This document shows positions 48,579 through 54,061 of a stretch of 54,061 nt of DNA, piece by piece. Made by a program: the position numbers and the translations under genes. The stretch lies in contig NMRA01000688.1 of NCBI GenBank assembly GCA_002633005.1, positions 74,363 through 128,423 on the forward strand. Direction: 5' to 3'. Under the pieces are notes generated by a model. The model ran no database searches, was not told where the DNA came from, and was given only the letters and a program-made list of their open reading frames with translations. Origin of the DNA: Phoronis australis (lineage: Eukaryota; Animalia; Phoronida). Every line of letters starts with the position of its first letter. Within the stretch, counting starts at the first letter, position 1.

Positions 48579-48763
48579 ATTGGATAATGTGTCTGCGCAT
48601 GCGTGTTGGTACGGCCTCCTAACGACTACATGTGTAACTAAATTACGGAAACAGCTCATGAGATGAGTCGGCCGCGCTGACCAGGGTCAGGGATATAAAT
48701 TTGCCACTATCTGCTGATCCGTGTTTACGTCAGTGTTAGTCATTTAGAGGATTTTCGCAGAAA
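48579..48763. promoter_or_regulatory. Compact bidirectional promoter shared by POMP and ZFYVE19
   Basis: 185 bp between divergent ATGs. It contains an NRF1-type TGCGCATGCG (48594-48603), an ETS-like CGGAA, an ARE-like ATGAGTCGGC (48663-48672), TATAAA (48694-48699) and a CRE-like TTACGTCA (48725-48732). Confidence 0.65.
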
Positions 48764-49996
48764 ATGTCGTGCTATTCGTGTGCGTCCAAATTTGGTATGT
48801 TCAACAAAGAACACGGCTGTAAGCAATGTGGTTTCTCGTTTTGTTCCAAATGTTTACAAAACAAGACGTCAGTTCCCAAACGAAACAATGAAATACACCA
48901 CGTATGTTCGAAGTGTTTCGATGTTTTAAGTGGTAAAGTTAAACCTGAAGCTGCTTTTCCTGTTCGCGTTTCACCACCGAAGGCACTGTTATCAATGATT
49001 GCCGGTAATGCCAACAAAAAATCGCCTTCAAACACTCGCAAAAAACAGCACTCGAGAGAACATAATGGGAGTAGCACCGACGTTACAATGAACACCAAGG
49101 GAATGACACGAGCCGATATTGAGATCGCCCAACGATTGAATAGATTGAAACAGATGCGGATGAATGAAGAATCACCAGCACCATCACTTAAAGAAATTGA
49201 GCAAAGGTTATCAGATTTAAAAGCCAAAGATGGACCTCCGCCCTCTCAAGAGGAACTGGAAAGAAGACTTGCAGTTCTCAAAGGTGTAAATCCCGATGAT
49301 TACAACAACAGAAATCAACTTTCTCGTTTGAGTAAAAACAAGACAGAGTATGAGGAAACTCGAGATTTATTAGATGAAATCATGGATGAGGTGCGAATCG
49401 ATTCATTATCTTCAGGTGCTTGTGGAGGTGACAACTCGTCAACTTCACAATTTCTAAAAGATTCTCAGTCTGTCAAAACTGATAAAGCAAGCAACCAAGA
49501 TCTTAGCAACAAGAGTCTGGACGAAATTCAAAACTTAATGGAAATCACGGCTAATGAAGTGAAAGACGAAGCTGACAAAGCCTTGAGAGATTTACAAAAA
49601 GACGAGGAGCTATGGGATAAACTGAATAAGTTAAAAGAAGAGAGAAAGAAGAGATGTGAAGAGCTGAAGGTTCCTGATGGAGAAGAATGTGGTAGTAGTG
49701 TGGAGGATGATGAAGCAGATGTGAATAAAGTTATCAAGGAAATCGTTGCTAGAAATGACTTGAGTGATAGTGACATGGAAGGTGAGAGTGAAGATGAGGC
49801 GGAATGTAGACGTCAGAAACTGAAGGAACAGCAGGAGTTCCCCTGGTGCTGCATCTGTAATGGAGATGCCAAACTGTTATGTGTCGACTGTGATGATGAC
49901 TTGTATTGCCTGCAGTGTTTCCGTGAAGGCCATGATGATTTTGATCTGAAATCTCACAGAGTTTTTGATTTCAAGATGGGTCTCTCAGTAGGTTAG
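48764..49996 (+). CDS. ZFYVE19: Abscission/NoCut checkpoint regulator ZFYVE19 (ANCHR), intronless CDS, 410 aa
   Basis: N-terminal atypical FYVE-type finger (CYSC...KEHGCKQCGFSFCSKC...VCSKC), MIM1-like RLxxLK motifs, acidic coiled coils, and a C-terminal B-box PWCCICNGDAKLLCVDCDDDLYCLQCFREGH. Confidence 0.92.
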   Translation: MSCYSCASKFGMFNKEHGCKQCGFSFCSKCLQNKTSVPKRNNEIHHVCSKCFDVLSGKVKPEAAFPVRVSPPKALLSMIAGNANKKSPSNTRKKQHSREHNGSSTDVTMNTKGMTRADIEIAQRLNRLKQMRMNEESPAPSLKEIEQRLSDLKAKDGPPPSQEELERRLAVLKGVNPDDYNNRNQLSRLSKNKTEYEETRDLLDEIMDEVRIDSLSSGACGGDNSSTSQFLKDSQSVKTDKASNQDLSNKSLDEIQNLMEITANEVKDEADKALRDLQKDEELWDKLNKLKEERKKRCEELKVPDGEECGSSVEDDEADVNKVIKEIVARNDLSDSDMEGESEDEAECRRQKLKEQQEFPWCCICNGDAKLLCVDCDDDLYCLQCFREGHDDFDLKSHRVFDFKMGLSVG

Positions 49997-52693
49997 CAGT
50001 GCTTAGTATCAAGCAAAATCAGCAATGAATGGTAGTTGATGTTACAACTGTATGTTTATGAAAACATCTAATCCCACTTGTATTCAAGGATATGGGCTCA
50101 TCTTCAGAAAAGTTCCCAGTTGTATAACCATTAACATCCTTCAGGGACTAAAATTACATGTACCCGGCTGTATGTCCTTAAATGCATCTCAATACTGAAT
50201 AATTTTAATTGTAAATGAGATCAGAATAGGACTCAGTCTGAATCAGAAAATTTTATGATGTCTCAGTCTGCGAGGATTACATTTAGAAAGATGAACCTGG
50301 ATCCTCTCTCCTTAACCTTTTGACCTGGTGAGCACATGTCAGTGGAAACATGTGTTTTTGTTTCCATAGGTCCTGTAGAACTAAGGTAGTTATCGAGGTC
50401 AAGCACAATGAGGCACTCCATGCATTGTACAATCTGCGTATGGACCCTATGGATGGTGTCGCATTCCCAGAAATGTTTTCCATGTGTTGCCCATTAACTA
50501 AGGTTTTGATGTTTGAGATTGAGTTTGGTGTGACGAGGCTTGCACCTTCTCCGAAATAATTTCTGGCACAGTTAGAGCATTTAGGATGGACGGATCTACG
50601 TGTGCCACATTTTCAATTTAAAATGTCTATGTAGTCCCTAAAATTTGTAAAAATGGCATGCCCACGTTTTTAATTCATGTTGGTTATGTATGTAGGGTTG
50701 TGCCGGGCCCCTCCCCCAAATCCGCGGATGTAAAAACAGAAAATACAGTCACTCAAGGTATTGGCATTATACTTCAAGTGTTTGAATAAAGGTTGTACTT
50801 GTCCTTTGCTTACCATGTGTGGCTTAGTGTAACCAAGTATTGACAGCATTATTATAGTTCCAAAGCAGTGGAGAGTATATTCAAGTCTGGGAACATGCTG
50901 CAAGACCAAACCTCAAGAATACTACACTGAACATTTGAGTACAAGTAGATGATGGAGATGTGCCTGACTGCTGTAAGGGAACCAAGAGCTTTATGAATTA
51001 TCAAGGCTAAAGTAACTAAAAATAAAGCTGAGTTTTACAGCTGTATATTTTTAGTATTTATTACTCCAACATTCTCATTTCACCCGGATTGTCATTGACG
51101 CCACATAATGGTGAAATAGAATGTTCTTGCATTATATTTTTTAAATCGAGGTGCATCTGCAAAGGTAGCATAGCACGCGCCGCCTTTTTATGGAACTGAG
51201 GCGCATGCGCATATTTGTGGGACTTTTGATTGTAAAATTGCTAGGGAAAACCGCATATAGACACACGGGCTGATTTGCGAAGTTATAGGGTATGAAGTTG
51301 GTGTCACCCTATTCGTGTCCGAGATTAGAAGTACTTCCAAGGCTTCCGAAGAACTGACAGGTTGTTTTAAATTTGTAGGCGCATATAGGTTGTCTGTCAC
51401 GTCTGTTTCATGTGGGGTCGTCAATGCAGTATGGCCGTCAGTGAGAAGAAACGGGAACTTACGAAATTAGGCCCACTCAAAAGTGCGCCCATAGAAGTAG
51501 CGTGCAGAGATTTGGTGATCCGTGGGGCGATATTTATTGGATGCCCCTCTCTCTACTCAAGTGCATGGAATATACTTTTCAGAAAAGTAAAAATGATAAA
51601 GTAAAATAGAAACCTTTTATTCAATTAACTAATCAGTCACAATTTCTTCATAGTGATTGGATGTCCCTCCGACTGTGGATGGCCGTTGCCCCGCCTCGCC
51701 CCGCCCCTTTCTTCAGGCTACTAGCCCAGAGGTGTATGTTCGGAAATTTTTGAAATTTAAGCCAATGGGAGTAATTCTGGTAACTGATGAAAATCTGATG
51801 TGTTCTATAATACGTTCGTACCATGCCTTCATGTTATGTGTATTTTTTTATGTGAAATTTGTTTGTTCTGACGAAACAAATTTTGGGCGTTAGATATTGG
51901 GTGAGTGTTGGTAACTATCCGTATTAACACAGTATGAAGGACAGTTTTAATGCACTGTGTTTGCTGAATGCAACGGAAATAAGAATGGCCTTATTTTAAA
52001 AAAAATCTTAACTTACGTTTTTTTTTATTAAAACCACACAATCTACAAGAGCACTTGGATCCTTGTCTCCTCCTTTGCAGTCGTGAATTTGTGATTTTAG
52101 GTACAAAAGTGACGAAATCGCAATTTTAGTCATTTTTTGGCATCTCAATTTTTCCGGTGAACGTTGCAAGGCATAAGACATGACTTTGTTGAATTTCATC
52201 ATCAAAGTTTGAAAACTCCATCGAATGAGCTTTCCGCAAGTTATACCTTCCATGTGTCTTGAGTCAGGGTGTAAACAAAGACTATTAAATTTGACCCAGA
52301 CCAGTGATAACGTCCAAATCGGTCACTCGAATTGTGGGTTTGGCTCAAACAACAGTAAGATTTGTTTCTACTTCCCAAACTTTGAGTCAATCTTATATGA
52401 TATCTTCATTGAAACGGATTTGAGGCAAATTTCGTTATAGCCTATTTTTACTGTTTTTAGCATTGAATATGACCATGCTTTCATCTATCTCGTATTGCCT
52501 CCCCTGCGTGGAAACTACTTGCTACCAAGCGACCGTTCAGCACGCGTCCAACTCAAAGGAAATGACATTCGAGATTGGTAGCTTTCAACACGGCATGTTT
52601 TTTGGATTAGTGTACGTGTTGTAGACTGAATAGTCTTTGTCCATGAATATTCTACTATGACTATATCCAGTTACTTGTGCCACAACACCGCCA

Positions 52694-52758
52694 ACTGTTG
52701 CATCTCCAGCTTGTTGCATCTCCAGCCTGTTGCATCTCCAGTCTGTTGCATCTCCAGC
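52694..52758. repeat. ~16-bp tandem repeat (ctgttgcatctccagc), 4 copies
   Basis: Directly visible at the truncation point of the Gypsy relic. Confidence 0.85.
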
Positions 52759-52759
52759 A

Positions 52760-53790
52760 TGTGAACATGTTGGCTGTAGAGGCCTACATGGGTATTTAGA
52801 ATACGCATCTACCATGACCAACCAGCTTCTTCCAAGAAAGTTTATGGCATGATCAACATGAACACGGCTCCACGGCTTTTTGGTTAGCATCCATGTACAA
52901 ATAGCTGCTTTCGCTGATCTGTTTTGATGTTCAGCACAAGCCGTTCAATGACGTATCAGTTCTTCAATATCCTCGTTGATATGAGGCCAATAAACCACTG
53001 CCCGTGCTAGTTGCTTTATTCTCTGCATTCCAAAATGGCCAATATGAAGCAGATCCAACACCTGTTTTCGTAATCTCTTCGGAATAACTATCCGTGGACC
53101 ATGAAAAAGACATCCATCTTCTGTGGTCAAGGTATCTTTCAATTTTCTGAAAATTTCAATTCTTCGGAATCCATAGAAACTGGTCAACCTTTTATAGCAT
53201 ATCTCATTGCTTTAGAAATGTCAGAATCCTTGCTAGATTCTTTATTAAGCAATTTAGAGTTAACAGGGTACAATTGTAGACTTACTTGCTTATCAGAACA
53301 GACCACATTCACGTCTGCTTGTTCTTCCTCCCTGTCGAATTTTGAATCCTTACCGCAGGGTAAGCGACTCAATGCATCTACGATTAGAATGATCAGATAC
53401 TCTATTGTGTATTCATACTGGCTAAGATGTAACAACCATCTTGCTAGTCGATTAGCAGCCATAGCTGGAACTCCTTTAGTTGATCCGAAAATAGAAATTA
53501 AAGGTTTGTGATCAGTTATCAAAATGAAACGTCTTCCGAAAAGAAATTGGTGAAATTTCTTTAGGACGAAAACAATTGCCAGAGCCTCACGTTGAATTTT
53601 ACTGTACCTCCTTTGAGTGTCCGTGAGAATCTTTGAAACATTGGCAATCGGACGTTCACTACCTTCAGGACAGCGATGAAATAGAACGGCTCCAATCCCA
53701 ACATTAGAAGCATAACATGAAATCCCCAACTGTTGTTTAGGATCGAAATGAACCAGAACTGCACCTGTACACAGTATTTCTTTTCATGAG
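52760..53790 (-). mobile_element. Ty3/Gypsy (K02A2.6/Mag-like) pol relic: RNase H, integrase zinc-binding domain and start of integrase core
   Basis: ASNVGIGAVL...ERPIA...EALAIVF...FILITDHKPL, LHIGHFGMQRIKQLARAVVYWP and PWSRVHVDHA...VMVDAYSKYP, spread over three frames. Confidence 0.9.
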
Positions 53791-54061
53791 AAAAGCTCGC
53801 CTGGTCTCCAGCTACATGAGTAAAGCCCTCGTACTCAGGTTTTGTTTATAACCTAGAAAGTATCAACTTACCAACCCCCTGTTGTCACTAGTAGTAGAAA
53901 TAGTAAACATTGGAGCTTGACACCTAGCCAAAAGCCGTTAGCTGCCAGGCCTATAATTCTGTGCACTAGATAAATTATTTTTATGAACTATTTGAAGACT
54001 CTTCGTTAGAAAAAACAAGAACAGCACAAAAAACGGGGTATTACATTACATCGAATTTTTT

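Noticed and set aside
31402-49996. IGHMBP2, POMP and ZFYVE19 as a functional proteostasis gene cluster
   Set aside because: Adjacent housekeeping genes in an animal genome do not imply a system. Only the POMP/ZFYVE19 promoter sharing is supported.

Overview
This is AT-rich (roughly 35-40% GC by eye), repeat-dense eukaryotic DNA from an animal, probably a marine invertebrate, in a draft assembly with N-gaps and what look like uncollapsed haplotypes. Four host genes are supportable. (1) A TLR-like leucine-rich-repeat receptor with one coding exon and no TIR domain (16177-18402, -). (2) The terminal exon of IGHMBP2/SMUBP-2 (31402-32280, +), with a truncated duplicate next to a single-N join. (3) A complete six-exon POMP/UMP1 gene (36061-48578, -) that the ORF track misses, reconstructed here from splice sites. 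(4) An intronless ZFYVE19/ANCHR (48764-49996, +), head-to-head with POMP across 185 bp. The rest is nested transposon debris: LINE relics, BEL/Pao gag, Gypsy pol, TIR elements and Helentron-like repeats. The most notable observations are a triplicated splice acceptor in POMP, the TIR-less receptor possibly nested antisense in a very long IGHMBP2 intron, an extra CCHC finger in IGHMBP2, and filled and empty alleles of a Harbinger-type insertion side by side. I found no CRISPR, rRNA or tRNA, and no clearly new multi-gene system. Family assignments come from motif recognition only; no database search was run.
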